In this document: in pieces, positions 19,482-29,998 of the stretch | Numbering within the stretch: position 1 is the stretch's first letter | How the letters are laid out: each line of letters opens with the position of its first letter | Assembly: GCA_963664405.1 (NCBI GenBank) | Contig: OY761158.1 | Location: forward strand, 4,384,001 to 4,448,000 | DNA length: 64,000 nucleotides | Source of the DNA: Thermoanaerobaculia bacterium | GTDB taxonomy: Bacteria; Acidobacteriota; Thermoanaerobaculia; Multivoradales; Multivoraceae | Direction of reading: 5' to 3' | Notes under the pieces: generated by a model | The model's input: only the letters and a program-made list of their open reading frames with translations | Databases searched by the model: none | What the model was told of the DNA's origin: nothing | Made by a program: the position numbers and the translations under genes

Positions 19482-22400
19482 CCACCGCGGAGGTTCAGCA
19501 TCCTGCTCTGCCTTCTCGCGTGCTAAAGCGATGAGGCAACTAGAGGACAGCGGGAAGCCCTTCTCCTCCGAAAGCGAAAGAACAGCTTGGTAGGCGTCTG
19601 GGCCTCGACGGTCAACAAGCGAAGAGAACAGTCTTTCACGGGCCCACTCGGCCTCATCCCTCTCATCAGGGCTATAGGCACCCTCGTGGACTGCGTCGTC
19701 TTTCGTGTTTACCTCTCGGTATGCGATGCGCACCAATGAAGAAAGCGCCGGAACCGACATAGAAGTGGGCGCCTCCGCTGCCAGGCCGAACTCTCGACCG
19801 AAAAGGACGGCCAAGCCTGCTTCCGTTGTAGCAGCCTTGGTATCGATCCACTTGATCAGCTGGGTCGTAGCCTGGTCGGTATCCGCCAGGAACAGCAGGG
19901 CAATAGAGCGTACAGCGCGATCGACATCATCGACCTTCAATGCTGCTCGAAATCGGCGGCGAGCGACCGCCACAACCCGACGCCTCTCCTCATCGGAGAA
20001 CTGCATTCGTCGCAGCGCCTGAATGCCTCGATCGAGCGCTCTCAGTGACGTCGCGTCCTCGCTCATCATGATCTCGAAGAGGGGGCCTTGTACAGAAGGA
20101 GGGAAGGGCGCACCCTTATCGCGATAATGGGTGAGCAGTTCGACCTGGCCCCCATCATGGCTTTTCCACTCATCTTCTAGAGCCTTGCTCACGACCGGTA
20201 GCACGGATACACCGCGTTGATCGATGAGCTTGTCGAGCCATTCGGGATAGCCCAGTTCACTCATGCAAGCGTGCCTTGCAGCGCAGGCGGCATCGGCGGC
20301 GCTGAGACCCGCTGGCCAGTTCGACTCCTCGCGAGCTTCGACCCCTATGCCTGCAAAGGAAAGGACGCTCGGATGCTTCCTTGAGAAACCACGATCGGTA
20401 CGCTCAGGGGCTTCAGGTCGTGTAATGCGCCAGAGCACCTTCATCCCTTCACAATAGGCCTCGGCTACGGTCCCGCCGAATGCCGGTGCCGGTGCCAGCA
20501 ATTGCCACTGCAAGGCTGCTTGCTCTGCGTTCTTTCCAGTCTTCTTCTGCAGCCACTGGGTTAGCCAGTAAAGTCTGGACGACCCTGTCTCCCAATCTGC
20601 CAATCGAGCTGGATCGGTTAGTCCGGCAGGGTCTGCTTGAAGCTCTTCCCTGAACCGGATCCACTGCGCCTCGGTCTCTTTTCTTTCCTCAGCCTCGCGG
20701 TCTTGCTTCTGTTGGGTGTTCCTTTCGTGCTCGAGCGCCGCTTCTAGCTCTGTCTCTGACGGAGGTGCGAGATAGCCGTCGAGATCGGCCGCCAGTTCAT
20801 TGCAGCCCGCAGCGAGCTCTCCTAGACGAGAGGATTCAGAGTCGAGTTCGCCAGCTGCGCGCAAGATTCGGGCGAGAGCGCTAAGAGCCACCTGTCGATC
20901 AGCAACCAGCGGGCGATGCGAGTAGTCTTCAAAGAGCCAGCCCACGTCATGGGGCCCAAGCTCCCATAGAACGTCACCGCACCCCCAGACATGCGAAAGC
21001 CTCGTTGGGTATTCCTCGGCGTGGCGGTTGTCGTTTAGCCGCGTCTCCTCGACGTCAGCCCAGAAAAGTGTGCGCTGCAGTTGCGAATCACCGGTCACGA
21101 GCGCTCTTAGGGCAGGTTCTTCTTGGTCCCAGTTGCGCTGACTGTCAGCCCGCTCGACAGCCATGAGGAAACGTACAAGCACTCCAGGGGGGTCAGCGTT
21201 CCCCATGTCTATAACAACGTCGCGAGCGATCTTTGCCATACGCCTTGCGATGCCGACGTGGCGAGCTGAGATACGTCCGTGCCTGGACTGGAAGGGTGGT
21301 GAGAGACTCAAGTCTGAGAGGCCGACGATCAGTCTCTCGCGTGCGTCTGAATCAGGGCAAACTTCCCACAGCTTCGCGACTTCGCTCTCGAAGCCACCTA
21401 ACGATCCTGGCTCCGCCGACGGCGTTAGCTCGACCAAGCGAAGCACCTCGTCGACATCAAGGTGTTCTGGAAAGAGAACCCCCACGAATTCCGGTGCGAG
21501 AACGGCACTCGCCGGACCGGCGGCTCCCTTCAACCAGCCTGCTGCTTGCCGTAACCCGTCGGTGTCCTCACACGCGCTGAGTGCCTCAAGCGCGACGATG
21601 CGAAAGTGGTCTCCGCACCCTTGGTCGACAGCTACTTTACGGGCGAGGTGGGCGCAGGCCGCTATCCTCCCTTCCCTCACGATGCGGAGGAGGTTTGTAC
21701 GGAAGAACTCTCGCTTGTTGAGACCCCAGCAGCGCTCGATGGTCGAGGCGAGTTCAGGGTCGGAGAACATCCAAAGGGCTCGTTCATCGGGAATGTAATC
21801 TGCCCTCCGGCCCTCCGGTCCCGCCTTCGCGTAATTGAGCAGGAGGGTCTTCTTTGCATCGAGGGGCAGCGAGCCCGGGTCTCCGTAGCGCAAAGCACGA
21901 TCGGTGCGCGTCGGATGATTTCGGCGCGGATGTCGGTCTGACTCAGCGACAGCCATGCTGCAGCGCCTTGCAGTGACGGTACGAGAGCTTCGACTCCGTA
22001 GACGTCCTCGAAGAGCAAGTCCTTCACAACGTGGCGGGGGCAGCCTCCCTCGAGGAGGCGTTTGAGCCAGCTCGCCATCAGGTACTCCCTAGTACCGCGA
22101 TGGTGGAAGCGGATACGCCCATAGGTGGCTTGCTCGAAGACGCCTCTTCGTAGCAGTGCATTCCGCTCCGCGTCCGTCCAGCTGTCGAGCACTTCGGCCG
22201 AATCAATGGCACCGGCAGCAAGCGTCGGATCAGCCTCTTGGCCCGATGCTCGAATAGTTGAACTCTTCACCAAGGCCAATGCAGCTGACAGTCGCTCGGC
22301 GCCGCGCCGCGATTTGTCGTTGGCGAGATCTCGGTTGTCTGCTCGGTATCGGTCGTGCTCACGCAGCTTCCGATTCACGCTGTTCTCGGTCATTCTCTCC

Positions 22401-23236
22401 AGGCTGTCAAAGCCGTTCCAGGCCTTCCAGTGCTCAGCGAGATCGAGAAGATCCCCCGGCCGTTGCGCCAGGTTGTCGAGCCCCTGCTGCACAATCGCTT
22501 GGACGAATACCGCAGGTTCCTCTGCTCCGGCACTCGCAGCAAGTAGCCGCATTTGTTCAGGATCGAGAGGCACAAGCCTGACCACCAGAGTGTCGTCGGC
22601 TTCCTCGGTACGCCGTGGTAAGCCGAAGACCGAGTTCGTCGGCACCTTGCTCCCAAATATGGGGCCGAGCAGATACGAATCGTCCTCCTCAGCGGAGATT
22701 GGAGCTTGCTCCTTCCATGCTGGTAGAAGCCGCCTGAATTCAGCTAGGTCGGTACGGCCCTTCCAGTCGCTTCCGCGACAAGAGATGTATACATGTGCAC
22801 GGTGTAGAGCTCCAGAGACTTCACGCGCAAAGTGCGACAGAGCTCTTTGCAGGCTCTTGCCATGGAGTTGCGCTTCATCTACAGAATCCAGAAAGAACCA
22901 CCCCTCCTCGCTCCCACTCTCCTTCCACTGCTCGAACTTCCTTGCTGCTTGTGGATCAAGGGCAGCGTCGAAGCCATAGTCGGCAAGGTCCTCGATGCGG
23001 ACGAAGAACCCCGACTTGCCCTCAGCGAGCAACGACGCTGCACGGTTCCGGAACTCCTCTGTCTTCCCGCTCGAGGCCTCAGCGAGCAACACCACGCGAC
23101 GGTGCGTGAGTAGGCCAGACCAGTGGAGCGAACCCGATAGCCCTAAGAGTCTGTGAACCTCCAGACTCCACTCCTCGTCCTTCTCAACACGAACGAAGCG
23201 ACGATCAAGTTCGACAAATTCCATACTGGAGGTCAC
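19482..23236 (-). pseudogene. large NACHT/STAND-like NTPase, N-terminal and central parts; frameshift at about 21893; IS-interrupted
   Basis: Walker A AEASSGKT, Walker B FFLDSVDE, RF.HR..REYLMA; frame switch from APIVL to LRYGDPGSLP at a short A run (21892-21894). Confidence 0.85.
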
Positions 23237-23261
23237 CTACGACTCACTGTCTGGAATCCTC

Positions 23262-23318
23262 TCACGCCCCGCCTGGCAGCTGCACCGTCGCCCGCACCTC
23301 TTTCAGCATGCGCTCCGC
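23262..23318 (-). pseudogene. 3' remnant of a paralogue of the 44872->42697 gene
   Basis: Reads AERMLKEVRATVQLPGGA* versus TERMLKEVRASVQMPERAKG* at 42697-42760. Confidence 0.7.
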
Positions 23319-23433
23319 GCTTTACACCTGCCAGCGCCATTCGCCACAATCAACTGGGCGAATCGAGCAATCGCGCAGACTCGCTGACTGCGGGTTCCCC
23401 TAACGATCGACGGTGGCGTACAGAGGGGGCGGC
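23314..23433 (+). repeat. 120-bp repeat, copy 1, with a sigma70-like promoter
   Basis: One mismatch to 49506-49625; TTTACA-N18-CACAAT at 23321-23350. Confidence 0.9.
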
Positions 23434-23441
23434 AGGAATCT

Positions 23442-24020
23442 ATGATCGTTTTCATCCAGGGCCCCCCAGCATCCGGCAAGTCGACACTGGGTATGGGGCT
23501 CAGCGCGAAGCTAAACATCCCCCATGTCAGCAAAGATGACATCAAAGAAAATCTGTTCGATTCATTGGGGGCGCGCGATGCCGCGTGGTCACGCGAGTTG
23601 GGGGCGGCGTCGAATCGACTGCTCTTCCTACTGGTGCGAAAGTACGCGTCGCTTTCGCGGGACATCATCATCGAGAGCAACTTCTCGAGAGATGAAGTAG
23701 CAGAAATCGAACGGACTCTCGCAGGCGGAAGTCAGGACGTCTGTGATGTGTTCCTGACTGCGCCGCCCGATGTACTGATGGCGCGTTTCCGGGAGCGCTG
23801 GGAGTCCGGGCGGCGTCATCCGGGACATGTGGACGATCAGCGATATGAAGACATCGAGAGCTACATTGCCGAACAGAAGTCGCGGCCGATGGGGCTCGGG
23901 ATAGTCCAGATCCGGATCAACACCGAACGCGAAGGCCCGGACTCCGTTCTGTCGACCGTACTTGCACAGCTCGCGGCGGTCGCCGCATCTCAGGGAGCTT
24001 CGACCGGGCCCAGCAAATGA
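23442..24020 (+). CDS. P-loop kinase (AAA_33-like)
   Basis: GPPASGKST, SKDDIKE.LFD, RHPGH.D. Confidence 0.85.
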   Translation: MIVFIQGPPASGKSTLGMGLSAKLNIPHVSKDDIKENLFDSLGARDAAWSRELGAASNRLLFLLVRKYASLSRDIIIESNFSRDEVAEIERTLAGGSQDVCDVFLTAPPDVLMARFRERWESGRRHPGHVDDQRYEDIESYIAEQKSRPMGLGIVQIRINTEREGPDSVLSTVLAQLAAVAASQGASTGPSK

Positions 24021-24790
24021 AGCTGACCATGCAGCAGGATGCTATCGGGCAGGCAGTCTATGACTGTTATCGGGGGCTCGGCGGGTACGAGATCATCGAG
24101 CGCTCCGATGGCTTCATCCAGGAAAGTGGCGGCCCCAGGATCTACCTATCCGAGTATCGATCTTGGCCACGCTACCAGAAGCTCGCGCTTCGGCACGTGA
24201 GTGGCCGTGTGCTCGACATTGGCTGTAATGCCGGCAGGCATGCCCTCTACCTTCAGGAACGAGGCCACTCCGTCCTGGGTATCGACATCTCGCCGCTCGC
24301 AATCAAGACCGCCGGCCTGAGGGGCCTGAAAGCAAGGAGGGTCCTCCCGATCACGGGTGTTAGCAGGCACTTGGGATCTTTCGAGACCATTTTCCTTCTC
24401 GGTAACAACTTTGGCCTCTTTGCCACTTGGGCGCGAGCACGGTGGCTGCTACGCCGCCTGAGGACGATCACCGCGGAGGATGCTCGCCTCATCGTAGAAA
24501 GCCTGGATGTGTACCGGACGGACGAACCAGAGCATCTCGAATACCAGGCAGAGAATCGCAGACTTGGCCGGATGAGCGGTCAAATCCGGATGAGGGCTCG
24601 ATACAAGCAGTTTGCCACGCCCTGGTTCGACTATCTGATGGTGTCGCAGCAGGAGATGGAGTCCATTCTTGAGGGAACGGGCTGGATCACCAACCGGTTC
24701 TTCAATGGACCTGGTGGCTCGTACGCCGCTGTCATCAAGAAAGAGACATTAGGGACCCCTACTTGCGCCCCAGTTGCGTCGAAGGAGTAA
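24017..24790 (+). CDS. class I SAM-dependent methyltransferase
   Basis: VLDIGCNAG, GIDIS, LGNN.G. Confidence 0.88.
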   Translation: MKLTMQQDAIGQAVYDCYRGLGGYEIIERSDGFIQESGGPRIYLSEYRSWPRYQKLALRHVSGRVLDIGCNAGRHALYLQERGHSVLGIDISPLAIKTAGLRGLKARRVLPITGVSRHLGSFETIFLLGNNFGLFATWARARWLLRRLRTITAEDARLIVESLDVYRTDEPEHLEYQAENRRLGRMSGQIRMRARYKQFATPWFDYLMVSQQEMESILEGTGWITNRFFNGPGGSYAAVIKKETLGTPTCAPVASKE

Positions 24791-25026
24791 GATCAGAGCT
24801 GGCCTATAGGGCCGGACCCCCCGGTCCACGAGCGGCAGGGAAGCCACGGCGGGACCCCCCGCAGCCAACCCTGCCCAGTTTCTCTGCCGCCGTTCTTCGC
24901 GAGCCCCGCCCCCGATCGGGATCGCGAGCCCCCAACAGAGCCTCCCACCTGCGCCCCGGTTGCGCCTAGGGGCCGTATGCTGAGGTGTTCTCACGAAAGG
25001 ATATCTGTGTCTTGGGTTAGAGAACC

Positions 25027-25848
25027 GTGCTCGGCCAGGCCGCACCAGAGCGTGGGCTCCACTACCACCGGCTGTTGCTTCTGGAGAATCCGAGCGACGT
25101 GGCCCGAAACCTCGCCCGCCATCGCCTGGCCGGCGTCGTACTTCTCCCGGAAAGTGAAGCGAGTGGCCTGCGAGTCCATCCGAATGGGACGATAGTCGCC
25201 ATGCTGCGGACACCCCAGCGTCCCGGAGCTCAACCGTCGCCGACCGCGGCCACCGCGCTGAGCTACGACCGCATAGCCGACGACTACGTGAAGCGCAACC
25301 GGGACCGATCCGCTATGGCCCCGGCCATGGACCGGTTCGCGGCGCAGCTCGCACCCGGCGCGCTCGTCGTGGATGTCGGCTGCGGGCCCGGGTTCGACGG
25401 GGTGCTGCTTCGGCAGCGCGGGCTGCGGGTGATCGGGGTGGACCTGTCGGCGGGGATGCTCGCAACCGCGCGGGAGCTCTTCCCCGGCGTATTCGTGCAG
25501 GGCGACCTGCGACGGCTGCCGCTGTCGCGGCGCGCGGACGGGCTCTGGGTGAACGCGTCGCTGTTGCACGTGCCGCGGGACGAGGTGCCGGTGGCTCTGG
25601 AGGGGTTCGCGGGGGCGCTGCGGCCGGGCGGCGTGCTGTTCGTCAGCGTGAAGGCGGGGGACGACGAGGGCTGGGAGGACGAACCGGCGTACGGCGATCC
25701 CCGCTGGTTCACGTACTGGACCGAGGACGCGCTCGACGCGGCGTTGGCCAGCGCCGGGTTCACGGTGACCGACGGGCGGACGAACCCGTCGCCGTTGGGG
25801 CTGTGGATCCTGCGGGTAGCGCATTTCCGCGGGCCGGGCTCGGCGTAG
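25027..25848 (+). CDS. class I SAM-dependent methyltransferase (start uncertain, possibly 25201)
   Basis: YDRIA..Y, VDVGCGPG, ASLLHVP, LRPGG. Confidence 0.82.
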   Translation: MLGQAAPERGLHYHRLLLLENPSDVARNLARHRLAGVVLLPESEASGLRVHPNGTIVAMLRTPQRPGAQPSPTAATALSYDRIADDYVKRNRDRSAMAPAMDRFAAQLAPGALVVDVGCGPGFDGVLLRQRGLRVIGVDLSAGMLATARELFPGVFVQGDLRRLPLSRRADGLWVNASLLHVPRDEVPVALEGFAGALRPGGVLFVSVKAGDDEGWEDEPAYGDPRWFTYWTEDALDAALASAGFTVTDGRTNPSPLGLWILRVAHFRGPGSA

Positions 25849-26105
25849 CGGACGTGATCACCTTGTGCGTCCTTTCGCGCGACGCAACCCGGGCCCCGCG
25901 TCCTGAGTCGGACTTCGACTTCCCGGTCGCTGCCCGAGATGAGCTGTTCGCCCTTCCAACCCTCTCGTCGTCCCGGCAGGGAAAGTGCCATCTCGCTACT
26001 TGCTAGGACGCGCTCCTCGAACCGAGGGAAGACTACAGACGACAGACGATGACGGTCGAGTAGGGTGTACACAGCAATAAAATGCACGACTGAAGGAAAC
26101 CACGA

Positions 26106-26513
26106 ATGAAGAGACGTCATGGAAGCTGTCTTTGCGGCGGTGCAAGGTTTGCGATCACCGGCGAGATTCGGGGGGTCGGAAGTTGTCACTGCTCGAAGTG
26201 CCGCAAGGTGTCTGGGACCGGAGGGAACGCTCAGTTCATTGTTCCAAGAGACAGCTTTCAGTGGCTTCGGGGTGAGTCGGATGCCATGACCTTCCAACGC
26301 GATGACGGCTGGAGCGTGTCTCGCTGCAACACCTGTGGCAGCCCACTACCTCGTAGCTATGACGGACAACGGTTCTGGGTCCCTGGGGGCCTGATGGACG
26401 ACCCGCTCGACACGGACGTGAAGAGGCACATCTTCTGCGCTTCAAGAGCAGACTGGGATCGAGAGTCAGAGACTGCCGAGTACCACGATGAATACCCGCC
26501 AGCGCTCAGCTAG
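26106..26513 (+). CDS. GFA/CENP-V family Zn protein
   Basis: GSCLCG, CHCSKCRK, C..CGS, HIF..S.A.W. Confidence 0.9.
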   Translation: MKRRHGSCLCGGARFAITGEIRGVGSCHCSKCRKVSGTGGNAQFIVPRDSFQWLRGESDAMTFQRDDGWSVSRCNTCGSPLPRSYDGQRFWVPGGLMDDPLDTDVKRHIFCASRADWDRESETAEYHDEYPPALS

Positions 26514-26582
26514 CATGGCCTAGGCTCCGACAACTTGTTCCTTTCACCTTTCCCTTTGGGCTAGTGTTGGTGCGAGCAGAGA

Positions 26583-27311
26583 ATGTCTATCTCAAGGGAG
26601 AGCATCAAGGGACTGTGCTTCGATTTCGGCAATACGCTCGTGGAATTTGGACCCAGGCAGGTAGCCGCACAGTACGAAACATTTGAGCGAACGTTGACTG
26701 GCCTGTTCGGTCCCTGCGACGCAGCGCGCTTCAAGGCCGTGCGAGATCGCCAGCGCGCTGCCCCGCTCAGCAACGGCTATAAGGAGAGCGAATTGACGTC
26801 GCTCTCGCAGGAGTTGATTCGGGAGCTCTATGACGCGGAGCCGGACGAGAACCACATCGAAGTCCTAAATCAGACGCGTTGCGATTCGGTAGCTGATGCC
26901 ATTGAACTTAACGATGAGGTGTTGCCGCTCTTGCGCGAGCTCCGGCGGCGGTACCGCCTGGGATTGTTGTCGAACTACCCCTGCGGTCGCTCTGTTCGCA
27001 ACGTCCTCGCCAAGGTGGGCCTGTTGGACATCTTCGAGGTGGTTGTGATCTCGGGCGATGTCGGGTACGTGAAGCCTCACACCAGGCCGTTCGAGGCCAT
27101 GTTGTCGCAGATGGGCCTTGCCCCCTCGGAGTGTCTATACGTCGGCGACAACTGGCTGGCGGATATTCAAGGGGCAAAGCAGATCGGGATGCGGGCGGTT
27201 CTAACGACTCAGTACACACCCCACACAATCTTCAAGCCCGTGGTGGGCGATCACTTACCCGACGCACGCATCGCACACCTAGACGAACTTCGGGCGCTGC
27301 TTCTGAGCTGA
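26583..27311 (+). CDS. HAD-family hydrolase, copy 1
   Basis: FDFGNTL, LSN, KP, VGD..DIQGA; near-identical to 48767..49495. Confidence 0.9.
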   Translation: MSISRESIKGLCFDFGNTLVEFGPRQVAAQYETFERTLTGLFGPCDAARFKAVRDRQRAAPLSNGYKESELTSLSQELIRELYDAEPDENHIEVLNQTRCDSVADAIELNDEVLPLLRELRRRYRLGLLSNYPCGRSVRNVLAKVGLLDIFEVVVISGDVGYVKPHTRPFEAMLSQMGLAPSECLYVGDNWLADIQGAKQIGMRAVLTTQYTPHTIFKPVVGDHLPDARIAHLDELRALLLS

Positions 27312-27345
27312 GACTGGGCCGCACCGATTCCTCTATCGCATCCGC

Positions 27346-27372
27346 TACCACCTTCCGCTAGAGAAGGCGCCA
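27346..27372 (+). repeat. 27-bp palindromic site (10-7-10)
   Basis: TACCACCTTC-CGCTAGA-GAAGGCGCCA. Confidence 0.75.
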
Positions 27373-27579
27373 ACGCCCATCGCAAGCTTCCACCAGTCCG
27401 GTCGCGATCAGAATCACCGCTGTCAGAGTCGCCTGGAGGACGAGCAGCGACTGCTGCGCCCCGAGCGTTCCGAATAGGCGACTTTGTCGCTTGTTCCTCA
27501 GACGCTCCGTGGAAAGACGGATTGGAAACCCGCAGTCCAAACCTCGTGGAGAGTCCTGGGGTAGCCGGTCGGCGAGAGG

Positions 27580-27707
27580 TGTACCTTGATGGCGACATCC
27601 CGCTCCAGGCGTGTGTCACGACCCAGGTACACCTCTCCCATGCCGCCCTTGCCGCGCAGCTCGACGATCTCGTAGGGACCGAGGCGTGTGCCAGCTCCTA
27701 GAGCCAT
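27580..27707 (-). pseudogene. Ser/Thr protein kinase N-terminal fragment
   Basis: LGPYEIV..G.GGMGEVY..RD.RL.RDVAIKV, then similarity is lost. Confidence 0.85.
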
Positions 27708-27920
27708 GACTTGGCGACATCTTACCCGTCGCCCGACGGGATCAGCGGGGCTCGATCTAACGTGTCGCGAAGGACCACAAACTACGACAGCGATCTCCGC
27801 TAGCCCCCGTAGTTATTGCACTCTTGGGCCGCCCCGGGGAGATTTTGCGACACCGTGTCGCAAAATCTGCGAAGGTGCGACACCCCCGCTTCCGACAGCG
27901 CAACAAAAGTACCCTCGTCA

Positions 27921-27981
27921 TGGCACCTTCCGCTACAGAAGGCGCCAACGCCCATGGCACCTTCCACTAGAAGACGTGACA
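27921..27981 (+). repeat. two tandem 27-bp palindromic sites
   Basis: TGGCACCTTC-CGCTACA-GAAGGCGCCA (27921-27947) and TGGCACCTTC-CACTAGA-AGACGTGACA (27955-27981). Confidence 0.8.
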
Positions 27982-28126
27982 ACTGACCGAGTCTCTGGAG
28001 TATGGTCTATCAATGCCCGGCGGGCGCTATTGAGACAAGCCGCTCTCGGCCATCGCCTCTCGCACCTGCTCGCCGGCAAAGTGAGTCGTGTCATTGAGCA
28101 ACGGTGCCGGTTCGGTGTACTCGCTA

Positions 28127-28906
28127 TCAGGTAGCAACAGAGAGTTGTAGCACCAGCTCATTCCCGTCGCCGAATGCCTCGCCCTGATAGCCGCCCCAAG
28201 TGCTCACGATCGCGAGCCCTTGGTCTCCCACCAGCTCGGCAATCTGATCTGGATACCAGCAGCGCATTGTGATTGGCATCGTGAGTTCCTCTAGTAGTTC
28301 GTCGCCGCGATACCGTCGGAAGACGAGCTCCGGGTACAGCACCAGCCTCTTCGCGTCCATTCGCGGCCGCCGATCTGAACCGACGATGCGCTCGTCTCCG
28401 ATCCATCGTTCCCACTCAACTGTCTCTTCTTCTCGAATCCATCCGGCACGCAGCGCGTCCGGGTCTTTCAAAGGCTTGAACATCGTCAATACACAGGAGC
28501 CGGAAGGCTTCATGTGTTGGCGCAGGCAGCGAAAGAAGCCTGCCACCTGCTCGTCCGTCTCCAGAGCCTGGAATACTCGGTACGGCGCCAGGACAAGATC
28601 GAACGTGCGGCCGAGGTCGAAATCCGTAATGTCGGCCTCAATCAGACTGATTCTGCGCTGAACGTCACCTGGTAGGCGGCGGACCTTTCCCTCTGCAATG
28701 TCAAGCATGGCCCGCGAGAGGTCGATACCGACGGCTGAGCCACACAGCTCCGCCAACTCGAGGATCACCCGACCGGTCCCACAGCCGAGCTCCAACAGGG
28801 AGGTTCCTCGGGAAGTGATGAGATCTCGGTAGAAGGGGACGTCTTCGTCGAAATCCTGAAGATCATAGAACTTCGCGGCGCCGCTGCGTTGGTCAACTGT
28901 CTTCAT
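28127..28906 (-). CDS. class I SAM-dependent methyltransferase
   Basis: DVPFY, LELGCGTGR, GIDLS..ML, FDLV. Confidence 0.9.
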   Translation of the reverse strand: MKTVDQRSGAAKFYDLQDFDEDVPFYRDLITSRGTSLLELGCGTGRVILELAELCGSAVGIDLSRAMLDIAEGKVRRLPGDVQRRISLIEADITDFDLGRTFDLVLAPYRVFQALETDEQVAGFFRCLRQHMKPSGSCVLTMFKPLKDPDALRAGWIREEETVEWERWIGDERIVGSDRRPRMDAKRLVLYPELVFRRYRGDELLEELTMPITMRCWYPDQIAELVGDQGLAIVSTWGGYQGEAFGDGNELVLQLSVAT

Positions 28907-28952
28907 TGAGTTCTCACGATTGTATGCACGACGGCTCTACGATGCGCTGGGC

Positions 28953-28979
28953 TGTCGTCTTCCACTACAAGACGTGCCA
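28953..28979 (+). repeat. 27-bp site
   Basis: TGTCGTCTTC-CACTACA-AGACGTGCCA; direct repeat of 27955-27981. Confidence 0.72.
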
Positions 28980-29089
28980 ACTCAGCGTTTCGCCGGAGAG
29001 CCCACTAAAACCAACGCGTGAGAAATCTGACCAACAAGCTCACCCCAGATAGCGAGGGAAGAAGAGCCGTGGCGATCAGAATCATGCCC

Positions 29090-29998
29090 TCACGAGCAAG
29101 AGGTCAACGGAAGGTAGCGACGTATCCGCTCAAGTCCACTACTCACTCGCTTCGGGTGGTTGTCCAGGTAGCCGTAGTGGACCTCGCCGACGGCGATCAT
29201 GATGGCCTTGTGTTCAAGCCAGCGCCACTCGTCATCATCCGGTTCCGCGCCATAGGTCCAAAAGGCACGCGCCGCGCACTCACGACCGCCCGCGTAAAAG
29301 AGACCTCCGAAGTCGGCACTTCGGATGGTGGTGCAGGCATCGGCCCAGTCGATGATGCCGGCCAGGGCGCTCGTTGCCGGGTCCACGAGGATGTGGTCTG
29401 CTAGCAGATCTGCATGCGCCAGCACAAGCGGCACTTCTGGTTCCGGCGGCAAGGGGTCCTGGAGGTAAGCGTCGAGCCGCCTGCGGAGCGTGGCAGAGTA
29501 CGCATCGGCGGAATGACGGAATTCGCGCAACGCCCACTGGCTGTAGTCCTGTCCTGCCCAGGGGCTCGGGACCTCAGTTGCGATGCGCGCCCGGTGCAGG
29601 ACGGCTAGAAACTCACCGACTTCTGCTGCGACGTCGTTGAGGATGGCGGCATCACTAATGTCAGTGAGGGGCGTGCCGCTCAGGTATCTGTAGGCTGCGA
29701 AGTGCCACGGAAATTCCGCGAGCGGGGAGCTGAAGTACTCGAACCCTGGCACCGGGACGGGCAGCGGCAGATTGTGCATCCGCTTGAGTATCTCCCGTTC
29801 CCGGACGAGCACGCCATCGCACTCGGCGCGCTTCGGAAATCGTAGGACCCATTCGCCGTCGGCGAGGTAGCTGATGTAGTCGAACCCCTCGGCCAGTTTC
29901 TCGACGTCTGCGCAGCGTATACCGAAGGCGCGGCGCGCGAGCGCCCCGGCACGGTTGGGCTCCAGTTGGAGCTCCGCCGCCCACGGGAAGTGGGTCAT
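29090..29998 (-). CDS. aminoglycoside phosphotransferase (APH)-family kinase
   Basis: WVLRFP, HADL..HILV, GIIDWAD. Confidence 0.88.
   Translation of the reverse strand: MTHFPWAAELQLEPNRAGALARRAFGIRCADVEKLAEGFDYISYLADGEWVLRFPKRAECDGVLVREREILKRMHNLPLPVPVPGFEYFSSPLAEFPWHFAAYRYLSGTPLTDISDAAILNDVAAEVGEFLAVLHRARIATEVPSPWAGQDYSQWALREFRHSADAYSATLRRRLDAYLQDPLPPEPEVPLVLAHADLLADHILVDPATSALAGIIDWADACTTIRSADFGGLFYAGGRECAARAFWTYGAEPDDDEWRWLEHKAIMIAVGEVHYGYLDNHPKRVSSGLERIRRYLPLTSCS

Noticed and set aside
23405-23433. Group II intron domain V/VI resemblance in the 120-bp repeat
   Set aside because: No AGC/CGC triad hairpin with a GNRA loop, and no reverse transcriptase.
27346-28979. 27-bp repeats as a CRISPR array
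   Set aside because: Spacing is irregular (34 bp to 1 kb and more), the repeats are degenerate, genes lie between them and no cas genes are present.
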